A stretch of 64,000 bases of DNA from Lophium mytilinum (lineage: Eukaryota), in the NCBI GenBank assembly GCA_010093605.1, contig MU004186.1, forward strand, positions 2,212,616 through 2,276,615, read 5' to 3'. Below the pieces are notes generated by a model. It worked only from the letters and a program-made list of their open reading frames with translations, made no database searches and was not told the DNA's origin. Shown piece after piece: positions 11,024 through 25,099 of this stretch. How positions within the stretch are numbered: the stretch's first letter is position 1; the number at the start of each line of letters is the position of its first letter. Position numbers and translations under genes: made by a program.

Positions 11024-11988
11024 GGTTATAACGGAGGAGCTTGACGCGGAGAAAATGAATGAAGATATCGATTGCTGTACCGAGGGAATGTAGAGGGGAA
11101 GATGGAAATGCTTAAAACAAGGCGCTGTTGTTCGAGAACTATTTGAATTTGGTGCGATCGTTATCTACCCCTTGAAGGAGGCTCTATAATGGCGTGTTGG
11201 GTAGTACTACTAGCTGTATTAAGATTTAGTTTGCGGTTAAGCAGCCGGGTTTGAGGGATGTTAATAGTTGCTAAGGGCGAACGGACTCGGGATTGCCATT
11301 GCACTACCCCAGCTTCAGCCAACCTGCCTGCCAAGGGTACACCAAGAAAGCCCTAGGCTGGAGGCTGCGAAGCCCTCGTCCGCGCAAGTCCGGTACGATG
11401 AATTGTTGGATCTAGATTAGGGGTTGAAAAGGACATGGATATATGTATGAAGGAAAGTAGATAGAAGTCTGTCACAAGTCTTTGGATCGCTCACTTGAGT
11501 TGTGATAGCTCTTTGTCATTGATTATCCAAGTAGTCTGATGTTGGACAGTGGAGTGATGCCTAGATCATACTGCCGCAAATACGATCGGCCTGAAATCGA
11601 AGGGGTTTTCAATACCCACAGAAAGTATATTCGAAGTTGCGGCGATGGTGCTCTTTTCACTCCTTCCCTCACTGATGAATAGCCAGCAGGCCTCTTTGAC
11701 AGAGAATTCAAGCCTACACGCACAGACCAGACAGGGTTACCTACACGCGATTCTCCAGTGTGTGTTCTGACGACTTGCTCATCGCTCTCGCATTGATTTT
11801 CCTCGGACTCGCTGCACTGCCAATCAAACAATGTGGCGGAACTCCGGGCGTTGACAATCTCATCGCCTTGCAAGGCGATCAGCAGTTCATCCCTAACCAA
11901 ATGTGGCGTACCAGGGGGGTTTCTGATTGTCTCAGATGCTTCGACCTTCTCGTCACCCCGCACTCCCAAGAACCAGGTCTCGGAAGCC

Positions 11989-13661
11989 CTAAGATTGGGC
12001 CAAAACACCATTCAAGACACGCCCCAGGAACCCCCTTACTTTTTCCGGCCTTTCCTGCACCGTCGCAAAGACTACAGCCGTGCTAATCGACCACGCGATC
12101 TGCTCTTTCCACATGTTCTCTCTCAGGTAGCGCCGGGGAAACCAAACAGCTGCAGCACGAGGCAGCACAAAGAAGAGGATCTCGAGCCGCTTCTGCGCGC
12201 TCTCGAGTAGTACACTGCTACCGCATAAACCGCACCCTGCCAGCACGCAGAGCCCGCTATCCCACATCTGAGGGCTGACTACTTTAGAGGAAAAGAGTTT
12301 GGGCCCGAGACGCGTTCGCGAGAGGCACACGCCGTAATAGAATAGCGCGATAAAGGCACCAAGGAAGGCTGAGCTGCGCGCCATGTCCACCACGGCCTTG
12401 ATCGCCGCGTCAGCGGTAATGAGAAGCGTCGCATTCCCAGAAAGTCGGGCTTTGCTCCTGGCGTTGCGTAGTAAGACTAGGAGCTGGATGGGGGCGTACA
12501 TCCGGGCGGCGAAGACCCAGCCTCGCCAGAAGCGCGACAGGGCATGTGTCTCACAGCTCTTGCCACAGCCCATGTGGACGAGTTCGCAGGGGACTGGAAC
12601 GGTCTTTGCGGGATCGCCCCAGACTTCTGGCAAGTCATAGTCTTTGCACATTGATTCTAGAAGGGGTGCTAGTCCCGTGTCTTTGCCGTAGACGAACGTA
12701 CCAAAGCGAGCATGGCGAAGAACGAGCATTAACCGGCGGTCTAAGCCTGCAGCTGACGATATCCAGCTGTTGTAGGCGGAAGGTAGTCGAGAGGGCGTAT
12801 AAAACCACGCGTACATGATAGTAGCTGCAGAGGCACTGAATAGAGCCGGCGGAGTAATATTCGCTATTATACTCCGGGCTGAGGTAGAGCGAATTGGCGT
12901 TCGTGTCCAAACTTCGCTGATTACGACGTCTAAAGCCCGTATCACCGCGAAAAGGGTGAGATCCATCGTCCTGCCAGCAAGGACAGGCACTAGTGTTGCG
13001 GCATTGGCGGTGCCCGCCGGTGTAGAGGCTACTGAGATCTCCGGAGGGTCTTCAAATGGGTCTATGGTATCCTTAGAAGATATTTCGATCTTACTGGACT
13101 CTATTTTATTCGGCCTACGATCCGTGCGGTTTGCTGGTCTGCGGTTAAGAATAAGGAAACTGATGAAGGCGGAAACGAGAGCGGCCACAAATCTCGCCAA
13201 TCTCAGGGCAATACGCTCGTCTGCTGCGCGTCTCAAGCCCGGAAGTCGCCGTGCAGTTATGTGGACAAGGCGTAATAGGGGAAGTTGAAGCAGAGTCGAC
13301 CCTCCAACGAGGATGCCACAGCAGGCCGGGAATGCATCGAAGGCGGCGGACTGGCGTAGTACCTGGAGTATCTATGGTGCCAAAGCGGTTAGTCTCTGTG
13401 GCGGGATAAAGATATATGACAGATTTGGACACAGAACGAGAGGCGCAGTGGGTTGTGAGACCGTAATTGCATGAACCTCCAGAAGGGGGATGACTATGGA
13501 AGGTTGGAATGATGATGAAAAGTTGGGCATGACTGTATGCTTGCACCACATACCCGGTGAGACGCTGGGGCAAGGCCGATCTTCTTCCTTGCCAGTGCAA
13601 CCAGGACGCTGACGATCCTAGGGCTCGCGCTTGAGAGATAGCCGAGGGCATATGCTCGCAT
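11989..13661 (-). CDS. TMEM135/PXMP4-like integral membrane protein
   Basis: First exon MRAYALGYLSSASPR..., intron ~13551-13373, then the 11989..13236 frame with GRTMDLTLFAVIRA, IMYAWFYTPSRLP..Y..WI, PCELVH...C..H and RSSAFLGAF motifs. The start may lie further upstream. Confidence 0.8.
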
Positions 13662-15575
13662 AAGGCTGTAAGAGACGTCGAATTAGCGTCAAGCACGGGG
13701 AACGATTTGAACTTGTTGAGAAAGAGATGCATGACAGCTAGTGATGTTGGGGTCTGAGTTCTTTTGGTAGCACTACTAACTTATTGAGCAGTCAGGATAG
13801 CAGCGCCCTTCTCTAGTGCGTCTGCCCAGTCCCCATTCTTGCCCATGGGCGCATTCGAGCGTAACTTTTCCTTTGGTAACTTCTCTGCAAGCTTCTCTCC
13901 TGCGTAACTCACATTTGCTGCAAGCCTTGAACCTGGATGAGAGATGACAACTTACGGTCTCACGCTTTGAACATGGCGCTTTGGGGCTTGAATGTTTGCC
14001 ATGTCACCAAAACGGCGAACCTGATGGCAGGGGCAGCAAGGGAGGCCTGAAGGGCATGCACTGCAGCGCTGCAGGCGTTGTGGCAGCGAGGACGGAACCG
14101 AGACGCTTGAGCGGGGTGTTGTCTTGACAAGGGAGGACAATCATATGAAAGGCGATGGAGGTGGTCCAGTACAGCCCCTGGATGCGGCACACAGTCGACT
14201 GGGCGCAGAGATGGAGTCAGGCTGGCGAGCGTCAGTGGGGAGCATGAAGGAGCGTCATAGCAGCGCGGAGACACCGAGGCGTTCGGGAGCATAGCGTTGG
14301 AGGCGGCCGCTACGGGTGGAGAGGGTAGTATCTCCGCTGGGAGTGCGAATTGGAGGGCGGGAGGCTCGGCGACAAGTCTTAATCCTCCCATGCTCGCTAC
14401 ACCCCGGCTTCCCCCTGGGGAAATGCGGGGGGAGCCAGGGCTGCAACGGGTGCTAGAGGACACTTAAGGCCGCTCGCGTGGCCGACGGCGTAATTCAGAG
14501 GCTGAAACACACGCGCTGCACGTCAAAGGAGTGCCTCTTGCTCAAGCGGGGACGACGGCCGTGGTGTGTGCAGAAGACGAAGAGACGGCGCGGTGACGGG
14601 CGACATACCTACTCGCGCCAGGGTGACGGAGCTTCCTTCAGGAGGTGGGCAGCCGACTGGCTACCACTACGTGACGGCGAGACGGGACGCGTTGGCTGGC
14701 TGCGTTGAGGTTGAGAGCAAAACGGAGTGCAGACAGCGAGTAGATGGCGCTGGGTGGGGAAACGCGTCGGAACAGGACGAGGCGTCGTGATAGGTGCGAG
14801 CCAAGACTGGTGATGGCAGCTGCAGTCCCTTTGAGCCCGAAGTAGGCGCAGAGCTGTGGCCATTTGGAGCTGGTGGTTGTCGAGATTTAGGGAGGCAAGC
14901 CGAGCCGGGGCCAACGGTTGAGTCGACCCCTACGCATTTTGGCTACACGCTACACTGTGAGGGGAAGAAATCGAGGCCGACGTCTTGCCGAGCACTTCTT
15001 CTGCATGCGCATGTGACAGCGACCCTTCTCCATCGCCGACCACCTCTTAAGATGGTGCTCTACTGTAGAGACCGCCCGCCGGAATAGCCATCTACTGCCG
15101 TCCCACACTCCCCTTCGTACAGGCACTCTGCACTCCTGGGCCCTCCCTCGATCCGACGCGCCCCCGACCACCACGACCGCAACCCGCTCTCCCGAGGCCG
15201 GTCTGCATCCGTCCGCTGTCAACATTCGCCCTCCTCACCTCGCCCGCTTCCAGCTCGCCTTGACGCCCTCGCCTCCGACGTCCACCTTCAGACTTCGCGT
15301 CCGTGTCGGCACCTGCAGGTACGGATTGATCTGACTGTCCTCCTGGCCGGGCCACAAAGACTCCAGCATCGCACTATCTCGAGCACCCGTTGCCCGTCGC
15401 GGAACCCGGAGCGTCTCTCCCCACCACTCCAGTCAGACCATGAGCCTGGGGAATCGATCGACTGCACGCCTCAGCCCCACCCCCCCTCGCAGCCAAGCTG
15501 GATACCCTCGTTGTGTCGTCGTTTCCGGGGTTGGCGGGAGGTCCCGGGCCTTCACCGCTGACGGCGCACATCGGC

Positions 15576-17065
15576 ATGGACCCCTCCCACCTTACAAAAG
15601 ACTCGTCCCCGTTCGGCTGTACGTATAATGCGAGCTCAGCATGCGCGCCGTCTTTGCTAACAATCGCGTTTTTTACTTTCCAGACACGTTCAATGCTAGC
15701 GACTTCGCTGCTGCCGCCGAAGCTTTCTCAACCGATGCGCCGCCCCTCCTCACCGAGAACGAGAACCGCATCATGACTGACTTCTTTTCCAACACCAACT
15801 ACTTTACCGATGATTATAACATCGACAATGGCTTCCACTCCCGGGACGCGCTCCCAGACTTCTCCTGGTCCTACGACCAGCCGCCCACCGTACAAGGCAT
15901 CTCGTCCACCCTGCCGAGCCAGACGCAGCCCATGTCCGGCTTCCACGACGATCACGGCTTCGGCACAACTGCTGACAGGAGGACGAATAGCATAGCCTCC
16001 AACCACAATCCTCTCCCCATCTCCAGCACTCTTTACAGCAATACCCCAACTGCCAGCCAAGCTCCTCAACACCCTCATCATGCCCAACACGCGGCCAACT
16101 CCTATCCCGACAGCGTCTTGTACTCGCTCCAGCCAATTCATGACACTACCGGACCGTCCACCAGTCATACGAGCCCCAGCACCGCGACATTCTACCAATC
16201 TCCAACAGTGCCTAGGTCGAATTCGAACTCCCACCTACCCGAGCAACTAGCTGCTCTGCTACCAAACCATGATGAGGCCAGGTCCATCGATGCCTCGGTT
16301 GCGGCTCAATTCGCGCAAATACAACACCAACACACTCAGCAGGTTCAGAAGACAGATAGCCGCACACGGCCTCGTCTAAGGCAATACACTTACGGGACCG
16401 ACAACTCCTTCAACCCAGCAGGCTATGTCGTCGCCTCCCCATCCGACACCGCAGAAGCCGTCACGAAACGGCTAATGCACGACCTTCGCACCCTCGAGCC
16501 AGCAACCAAAGCCGTCATGCCCAGCGCCGAAAGCACCCGCCCATCCAGCCCCGTAGTCCAGCGCAACACTCACGGGATGTCGCGCCCCGCGCCCTCAGAG
16601 CACTCCGACGACGACAGCTCCGACGACGACGACGGTGGCCGCGCGCCCAAGCGCCGGCGAAAGAGCGAGCACCACTCCAGTCAAGCCGACGACTCTGCCG
16701 ACAACAACAACAACAACTCCAACAACCCCCTCCTCAAGAGCACCCCCAATGTCTCGCGTAACGGCAAACCTCGACGGAGCACGCAGGACGACTCGCACAG
16801 CCGCAAGCGCAAATCGCCGTCCGCGAGCCAGAAAGCACAGCGCGAGAACCTCACCGAGGAGCAGAAGCGCAGCAACCACATCCTATCCGAGCAGAAGCGG
16901 CGCAACCTCATCAAGTCTGGCTTCGAGGAACTGCACGACTTGGTGCCCGAGCTGCGCAATGGGGGGCTCAGTAAAAGCAATGTGTTGATGGAGGCGGCGA
17001 ACTTTTTGGATCAGCTTATTCAGGGTAATGAGCAGTGCCGGCGGATGCTTAATGCGGCTTGTTGA
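15576..17065 (+). CDS. bHLH transcription factor (INO2/INO4-like group)
   Basis: C-terminal bHLH RENLTEEQKRSNHILSEQKRRNLIKSGFEELHDLVPEL..GGLSKSNVLMEAANFL. Short first exon MDPSHLTKDSSPFG, intron 15619-15683. Confidence 0.88.
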
Positions 17066-19979
17066 TGAATGTTCGTGTCCTACGTGCGTGGTTTGCTCTA
17101 ATGTTTGCGAGAAGTGAGCAGGTTCTTTTTTCTTCTTATTTGACGATACCCCTTGGAAGGCTTACTATGTTGGAGCACCCCTATTTCTTTTCGTGGGGAT
17201 CAGACACATATTCTTGCCCCGTCTTATGTGGAGGCGTTTTTTGCGCGAGGTCGGCTAGAGCGCGTGGTCGTGTTCGCCCCTGGGAAAGCATGGCGGGTTT
17301 ATGCTATTGGGGGATGGGTTGGGAGGTTTGATTCGCGGAAACTCGGAAAAGTTTGGTCGGTTCTTTGGCTTTTATTCTCCTTGTACTCTTTTTACGGTGA
17401 GGGTTTGGGGGAGGGGTGATGGGGGATGTTTAGGCTATGGTGGGTATGGGATGAGAGGGGACTAATGGAAGGCAAATGTCTAATGCGGACGGGAAAACGA
17501 GGTGACGGCTGATTACTTCGAGATTTATGCTTAATTTGACGTGTGTTGATATGGGTCTAGTCTCTTGTCCTGACTTCGGTGAAGCTTTTGTGATGATGAT
17601 AGTTTTGACTTTCTATGTAGCGTTTCGCTACTACTTGGGGTGCGTTGAAAGGTTGTTGAGATTGTAGGCCAGATGGACATTTTGCTATGCTGGATATCAT
17701 GCTACCTCTTGCTCGGCAAGCTCCGGGCAGTAAGGCTACCCCTGAATCTTAGAACGTAAAAACCCAAAAAATGTGAGATAAACCAAGCTATCTGAGACAA
17801 TTCACGGGTTCAATCCTCTTCAGAGAGAGACAGCACTGACAGCGGTCTCTGGCGGCCAGAAGTCCTGCTAACGCTGTGGAGTCTTAATGTGCTCGGACTC
17901 ACAATATATCACTAGGTTCTATACCTTCGGGGTTAAGTGTAGGTACACTAACACGTTTTTAATCGACAAGTCCTCCGAGGTGGAGTTCGCGGACCATCCG
18001 CAGAGTCGGATGGTCAGAAGGTTGTGGCGGCATTAGCCGGCATTAGCCTGCATACCAATGCCTTCCAGGACGGCACCAGGGGTCCAGCTAGAAAGGACGA
18101 AAGGCTCAGGAACGCCCGTAGACGTCACCCATGGACGTCACTCCGTTACGCCACGGCGTATTTCCAAGTGCGCGCGCCGCGTTGCCAGGCAATTCATCCT
18201 CTTGTTAGACGATTAGCAGCTCTCCCAGAAGAAATCTCGACGGTAGTAGAGAGAGGCCGGGTTTGAGGACTCGAAGACTGCTCGACGCACTAGATGGCGA
18301 TGAAAAGCGTTGTGTTCAGGCTGAAGATTCGCTCAAAGGGCCGGGCCGTTGGAAGAGATCTATAATCCATTCGTAAGGAGGTGGAGAAGCTGGATTTGGC
18401 GGTTGGCGCGGGCGAGGAATAGAACATGGAAGATGGCTTGATACGGTAATTGAGACTTGAATCGCAGTGAGACATGCCCTACGCCTTGTCTTAGATTAGT
18501 CCGCGGGCGCTGTTGTGCAATAGGGCTCTTCTTTCAACAAAATCAAAGCTAGTACTCAGAGAGCGAAGGTAGAAAGGGCCCTTCGAGGCTTTGAGAGTAC
18601 GACGCTGAATGAGCTGCGCTTGCTACAGAAGGTGGTGGATCTGAGACCTATGTCGCGGTCCGAGTTCTCGACTCGAAGTGCTTCACCGATCATGCTGTTC
18701 GGGCTATCTCTCGATGAGTGATTTTGCGCGCTCAAGTGTTTCATTGAAAGGCAGCGTCAAAAGACACCAAGAGACAGCCCGTTTAAGGGTCCGACGGAAG
18801 GATGTCGCTCCAACTGTCGTTCCGATCCCGAAGACGTATATGACAACACGGCTCGGGGAGTCGGGATGGTAGACGCCACACGAAAGTCAAATAGAGTCGT
18901 ACAGAGAAGCAGGCTTGGACCCGTGGAAGCTTGCCACAGCCACTATCCATGTTCGACGTCCCGGATCACTGCGTTTTAAGTGCATATTTGGCCAATACCG
19001 TTAGTCTATTACCTGTATCCCCTTGCGTCGCTGGGTAAGCCACTTCCCACAATCCTCTTGGACGCTGGTAGGGGCGCCACAGTCGCTATAGATGGTGAAA
19101 AGAAGGGTCGATCGTCTCGCAGTCGCTTGGTTGGAAGATTCGACTGGTGGAGACAACGCGGGAGGTCTGTCGAACGCCACATTCTGGGGATGGCGTGCGC
19201 TTGCTAACTTTAATCCTTTTCGGTTCGCCAAGAAGGATCTTACCTAAGGAACTCTGCAAATCCCTTACTCGAAACTGTTGATGCAAATTCTAGGAGTGAT
19301 GCCTGTCTCTACCCTATTTGGAGGAGGATTTGGTGAGCTATGTACCTTTTTGGTGCAGCAGCAGGACTATTCCCAAGACGAAGTATCGAAGAAGATTTCG
19401 TGACCTGACCTAAAAGCTGGGAATTGAATCTCACGCCGTCCCAGCAGCCGGCGTTTCCCTCTATCCGCACCACCCAGCAGGAATTTACCGTTTGTCAACG
19501 TGCGCGCCACGGACTGTATCGAGATTAATGTTTCGTAGGCGTCTCCTGCCGCGTCCCGGATTTCGTCTCCCCGCACGTCCCTAGCCTATAGTATGACTAG
19601 CACGACTCCCTTTGCCACTTGCAACTAGAGCAAAGCTGGGGGAATTGGCTGGCAGTGTGATTGCCGAGTCAAGGTCTGCCGTTGGGACTGTTTCGACAGT
19701 AAAATAACGATTGAGGATGCGGTGATCTCCGTCTCGTTTGGGTCAGCTGTATGAATATAAGTTCCCTTTGCGAGATGGCTGCCGTGCCTGTGCATCTGTA
19801 CTTAAACTTAGTGGATCCTCCTCCAGGACCCCAGTGTCGGTCATTTTACTCTTACCCCACTTCGCCCGATTTCGTCGTCACCGATCCGGGAGTGGTAGTT
19901 GTGCCTGAAACCCTTTTCTCTCTTTCGTCCAGAGTCGCACAACAAGTATCGTCCCATAGCCCACTCTCGACACTGGACA

Positions 19980-21873
19980 ATGGGCGAAGTCCCAGCCTCG
20001 CAAGATGCCGATCCGGACACCAGGGTCGTGATGACCCTCGGGTGGCTTCTCGCCTCCATGATACTGATGATCTTCTTCGTTTTTGCGCGATTCTACTCCA
20101 AGTTTACCATAAAGACGACGATAGGCGTCGATGACTGGGTCATGGTCACTGCGGCTGTAAGTTTGGTCTCTTTCCCAATTCCGCATGTGAGGTATTGGAG
20201 CCATGCAAGATCTATTGCGCTCACGTCGAAGTTTTGCTGACTTTAGGTGTGAAGCTCTGTGCCATACCCGTGTCGCTCGTAGGGTGCGCAGCCACAGGTT
20301 TCGGATTGGGGTGGAAAAGTGCAAACCTCAAACCAGGGTGGGAGGAGACCTATGCGAAAGTATGTGAGCAAAAGTCTAGGGGTAAATGTAATCTAAAACT
20401 TGCAGGCGTGCATAGGCAATATTGCCCTCATCCCGATGTCCATGAGTCTTACCAAGATCTCCTTATGCCTTACTTAGTCAGTGGCGTCGAAGATCGATGA
20501 GAGTAAACACGTTTCTGACAACCGCAGTCTCCGGCTCTTCCCTTCACGGTCCAACAAGATCTTCTGCTGGACTGCCATAGTCTATTGCGTTGCTTGGGCC
20601 ATCGCGTCAATCTTTGTTTTGATCTTCGCGTGCATGTACGTATTCCCCATACACGTCTTCCTCCCTGAAGCGAGAGCATCTTGCGATCAAGCCTACCATA
20701 CTAGGCCTGTATTGTGGCACGCACATGCAACTGTTTGGTCGCCCCTCTTGGTTGACGAACACGGTTATCAGGAGGTTGCCCGCCGAAGAGCCGGCGGATC
20801 AACCGCCCTCAACAAGTAGCCCAAACTGGGTTGCGCGCAAGCTTCCAACTTGTCTAGGTTTCCGAAGCCTCATCGGGGTGCACCAAGCAGTGGCTCACCG
20901 TGTACCCAGACAGCCGATGACATCCTTTACCTCTTTAAAAAGTTAGCTGACTCTCCTGTCCGGAACAGACCTGTTGCGGCCGTATGGGATCTTTCGATCG
21001 TCGACAAGAAGTGCATCGATTTCAAGGCTGCACTCCTCTCGTTTGCTGCGCTCAACTCACTCAGTGATTTCGTAAGGACTCCACGTGATTTAGCCTTCCA
21101 CGTTCACCATTCGTACTAACGCGTCTCCAGCTCGTCTTTCTTTGGCCTGCCCGCTCTTTGTGGAGCATCCAGCTTCCTGTCAAACAAAGACTCGGCCTCA
21201 TCCTCGTTTTTGCCGTCGGCATCATGTGCGTATACCTCTTCAACTCCCTTGCACTATTTTGCCGCTCCATCGAGCGCAGTTAGCCCATGTCACATACCTC
21301 AACATCCTCTTTCCTTTCGGGGCCATTGCTGACGTCGTTCGCAGCGTCTGCGTCGCCGGTATATGCCGCATGTGGTACTTCCTGGTCTACCTCAACTCCA
21401 AGGATCCTTACTGGGAGGCTTCCATTCTCTGGTGCCTATCTAGCACTGAAGTCGACCTTGGAATCATCTGCGCCTGCCTCCCGGGCACCAAACCGCTCTT
21501 TTCGCGCTTCTTTCCCCGTTTCCTCCGCTCGTCGCAACGATCAGCTTCCGGTCCCACCGGGCACACTCATTACTCGCAGTCGTTCCCGTTCCAGTCCCTC
21601 CCCGGAAAGGACGGGAAAGGATCGCGCGTACAAACGAGCCGCGTCGACAAGAACTCGAAAAGCGGTGGCGACAAGGCGCACTTTGCGTGGGCGTCAGGCC
21701 CCGGGACCGATGTTGAAGACGACGAGGGGAGGCTTGTGGTTCCGAAGGGTGGGATCCAGGTCAGCGAGGAAGTGACAGTCGATCATGGGCCTAGGACGCT
21801 GAGTAAGGACGGCGATGCGGGGAGTGAGGAGTGGATCATCAGCGATTCGAATTCGAAAACTTCGTTACCCTGA
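19980..21873 (+). CDS. PTH11-like / rhodopsin-domain integral membrane protein (no CFEM domain seen)
   Basis: Multi-exon. Motifs RFYSKFTI...GVDDW, TKISLCLTYL, CRPVAAVWD....KC, WSIQLPVKQRLGL, EVDLGIICACLP; polar C-terminal tail. Confidence 0.85.
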
Positions 21874-22805
21874 AGTAGAGCCCGCGGGGAGCCTGTATGC
21901 GCCACTCTAAATATTTCGATTGGATTCCTAATTTGGGTAGTCACGGCGACAAATGGGCAGACGCGTTTATTGAATATCTTTCGGGGGGCGTTTGGTGGAA
22001 AGCTTGTCTAAAAAGGAGTGATATAGCTCTTCTAATTCATGAGGTGTTGGTCCATGTTAACTGAACGCCGGCTATGGTCTCTGGGAATGCGTGACTTCTT
22101 AATTGGCAGACTGAACCTTAATTTACGCAGCGGAAAAAGATTTAATCATATACCAATGAGCGGCGCTGGATGGCACAGTCGCCATATAAATTTGAGCGAT
22201 CGACAGTAGCCCTTCTGTTATAGAGCGTATAGAGAGGAAGAAACTCTATCTAGACTAAAAGCAACTTAAGAGATGGACCATAGGATGATTGGACGAGCGT
22301 ATTCGTACAGCACCAATAATGAACAGTCGAGGTTTTAGACCTGGCGTAAGGATTTTCGCTGAGAACGAGTAGGTTTTGATGCTCTTTTGATGGATGGGAG
22401 TGAAGGGGACAAAGGGAAGCCCTAGAAGTCGACTTTGAGTCGGCCGCGACTAGCGTACTGAGAGTTTCGCAGTGCGTGACAACATTGTCGCCCACAATCT
22501 CACGAACTTCTTCAGATCCACTACAATTCTTGGCATGTTCTTGAAGTTACATGTTAGGAGAGGCATTCATATTTTTGAGTGGGCTCTACCGTATTGATGA
22601 GCCGAGCGCCTCTAAGCGTGCATGACTTCGTCACGGATCTACGCAGTACCCCACCTTTCCAATGCTTATCAAGAACCTTGGAAATATTGACGTGATCTCT
22701 GAGGTCCCGTTCTCTCTCAAAGAAACCACATAAACTGTACTCCAGAGAATCCTCAGTCAGTCGCATCCGTCTCCGTTTGATCTCTTCATCCGACAACTCG
22801 CCACA

Positions 22806-23871
22806 ATGACATCAGAAGAAACCTCAGAGCACAGGACCGCCGTGATAGGCAATGCCTCAAACTTCTGGCTCCATTCATCACGCACAGGCTTCGACCTCAC
22901 CCACCCCCCAACACCGTCCGAGATGGCGCCCGGACCCAGACTCAAGCTCGAGACGAGCACATCGCCTATCACGCTCTCCCCTGCCAGTTCCGCGCTCGTA
23001 ATAATTGATATGCAAAACTTCTTCCTCTCCCCATCTTTCGGCCGAACCAAAGGCCCCGGCCATAAGGCTGCTGACAACCTCCTCAACCACGCGATTCCCG
23101 CCGCCCGCAAAGCCGGCATCCAGATCATCTGGCTGAACTGGGGGCTATCTGACGAAGATTTGGACAAGATGCCGCCAGGCGTGATGCGCGCGTTTGGGTT
23201 TCAAGCTATTGTAGAGACCATTGAAGAGACGGCTAAAGGACGGCCGCATGTTGACCCGTTCAGAGAGAGGCCTGACAGCATTGGGGTCGACAAGCATGGT
23301 GATGTGAGATTCCGAGGCGGACATGCTTCGCTGGAGAACGGAAAAGATGGACGCATCTACAAGGGCCTAGGGTCGTCTTGTGGAATTGTGACTTTGGCGA
23401 ATGGGGAGGCGGTGGATGCTGGGAGGCTGCTGGTGCGGGGGGCATGGAATGCGGCGCTTTTCCCGCCGTTAGATGCGGCATTTAAAGAGGGCGAGAAGCT
23501 GTCTGAAGTCCCTGATGTTTGGATTCATAAGAACCGGTGAGTGCTCACGCGAAAGCATCCTTGTGATTGAAAACTAATTCTTTACAAGGATGTCGGGGAT
23601 GTGGGGTGCTAGTACCCTTTGTGAAGAGTTCCTCGAAGCTCACGGCATAAAGAGCCTTCTTTTCGCAGGTGTGAACACGGATCAGTGCGTGAGCGGGACA
23701 TTCACAGATGCGTTTAGTAAGGGCTATGATTGCATTTTATTGAATGACTGCTGTGGAACAACGTCGCCAGCGTACGCACAGCAGTGCATTGAGTTCAATG
23801 CGGCGAAAACCTGGGGTTTTGCTATGAACAGTGAAGACTTCGCCAAAGGGGTAGAGGAAATGGAGAAGTGA
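22806..23871 (+). CDS. Isochorismatase-family cysteine hydrolase
   Basis: ALVIIDMQNFF, KNR|MSGMWG and LLFAGVNTDQCV motifs; one intron ~23537-23589. Confidence 0.92.
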
Positions 23872-23981
23872 AGGAGCGCTAGACATGTAGGAGCCAACTC
23901 TTCCTCATTACTCTTTGCTTGCCTGTGGTTCCCCAGTAACAAAGAAAAGAAGAGGATGTACCCCATGCAGGGAACTGCGTA

Positions 23982-24548
23982 CTAGACCCAGCTCATGAGC
24001 GCATCAACGAGGTCGTCCATCTTGACATTTCCCTGCTCACCAATCGCTAGGCCACTTACCAGCGCGTTCATTTTTGCTTCTTCTTCTGCCTTCTGCGACA
24101 GAACGCACAAGGAGATGCTGAACCAGATCATCATACAGAGCGGCGCGTCGTCTTGTCCAAGCGTGGTAGGAAGCCTGCTCATAGTCAACGTTTTGATCGC
24201 GAGGTACAGCTCATCTCTGCCCACAGCAGTTCCGTCCTCCACTGGAAGTAGCTGCACGATCTGGCCAAAGATCTCCCATGTTTCCGCTAGAATGAGCTCC
24301 CACGCGATATCCGGAGCCAGGATCTCGTTGTTTCGCATGTCGTGTAGGAAATTGACGGCATCTAGAAGACTTCTCTTCGAGAACATGGTGGCAAGGGAAG
24401 GCTCTTGGTAGAACTGGTGAATCAGCTCGTTTTTCGCATCCAGGAGACCCTTCGGGCAGATCAAGGGACAGTTGGCGATCGCGTAAGCAAGATCATTGCG
24501 GGCGTTCGTAAACGCCCCGGGCGTGTTGATGGTGTCGGCAGGGTCCAT
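23982..24548 (-). CDS. Hypothetical helical protein (~188 aa)
   Basis: Single ORF from MDPADTINT; plausible composition; no recognised motif. Confidence 0.6.
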   Translation of the reverse strand: MDPADTINTPGAFTNARNDLAYAIANCPLICPKGLLDAKNELIHQFYQEPSLATMFSKRSLLDAVNFLHDMRNNEILAPDIAWELILAETWEIFGQIVQLLPVEDGTAVGRDELYLAIKTLTMSRLPTTLGQDDAPLCMMIWFSISLCVLSQKAEEEAKMNALVSGLAIGEQGNVKMDDLVDALMSWV

Positions 24549-25099
24549 TTCGGTGCGAGATATTGGTGGATGTGTTGGAAATTGATGGAGGTGTTTGACG
24601 GCCAACGGAGGGGGGACGATGGGCTTAAATATGGAATGATGGAGACAAAAGGTGAAGGTGAATATTCATCCTTTTGTTTTGGCCATTCATCTTCAAGTTT
24701 CACCCTTGTTAAGCACCTTCACTCTGGTTCAAACAGCGACCAGAACATCGCAGAAGTGGCGCTAACTCTTCGCAGGGCCATAATGATCTTTCGAGGCACC
24801 TCGGCGGTGTGCGCTGTGAGTAACGGCATCTTTCTCATGCTCCTAAAAGGTCATCGCACTACAACGGGGCGAACTTTCATCGGTTCATGGTGAATGATGA
24901 CGGCCTCTGGTCCCAGTCGACACGAACGATATTGTCCGCTAGAATGTGGCTTTCGTTTCTAGATTCTGAAGTTACTGTATTTCGATTTTAAATCGACACG
25001 GTTTCTGACTGATTTTGATAGTGTGTTGGCAAAGCCAGGGGCGGAATCGAAGATCAAGCGAACACGAAGTTTCGGAGTGAACAGGTCCAGACGTCAACC

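Noticed and set aside
13780..14463. Minus-strand ORFs and a possible small exon (..EKLAEKLPKEK..DWADALEKG..) upstream of the TMEM135-like gene
   Set aside because: No consistent splice model or recognisable motif; likely non-coding GC-rich region between divergent genes.
22250..22796. Two short minus-strand ORFs that might be a gene remnant
   Set aside because: Non-ATG starts, overlap with the isochorismatase promoter, no motif.
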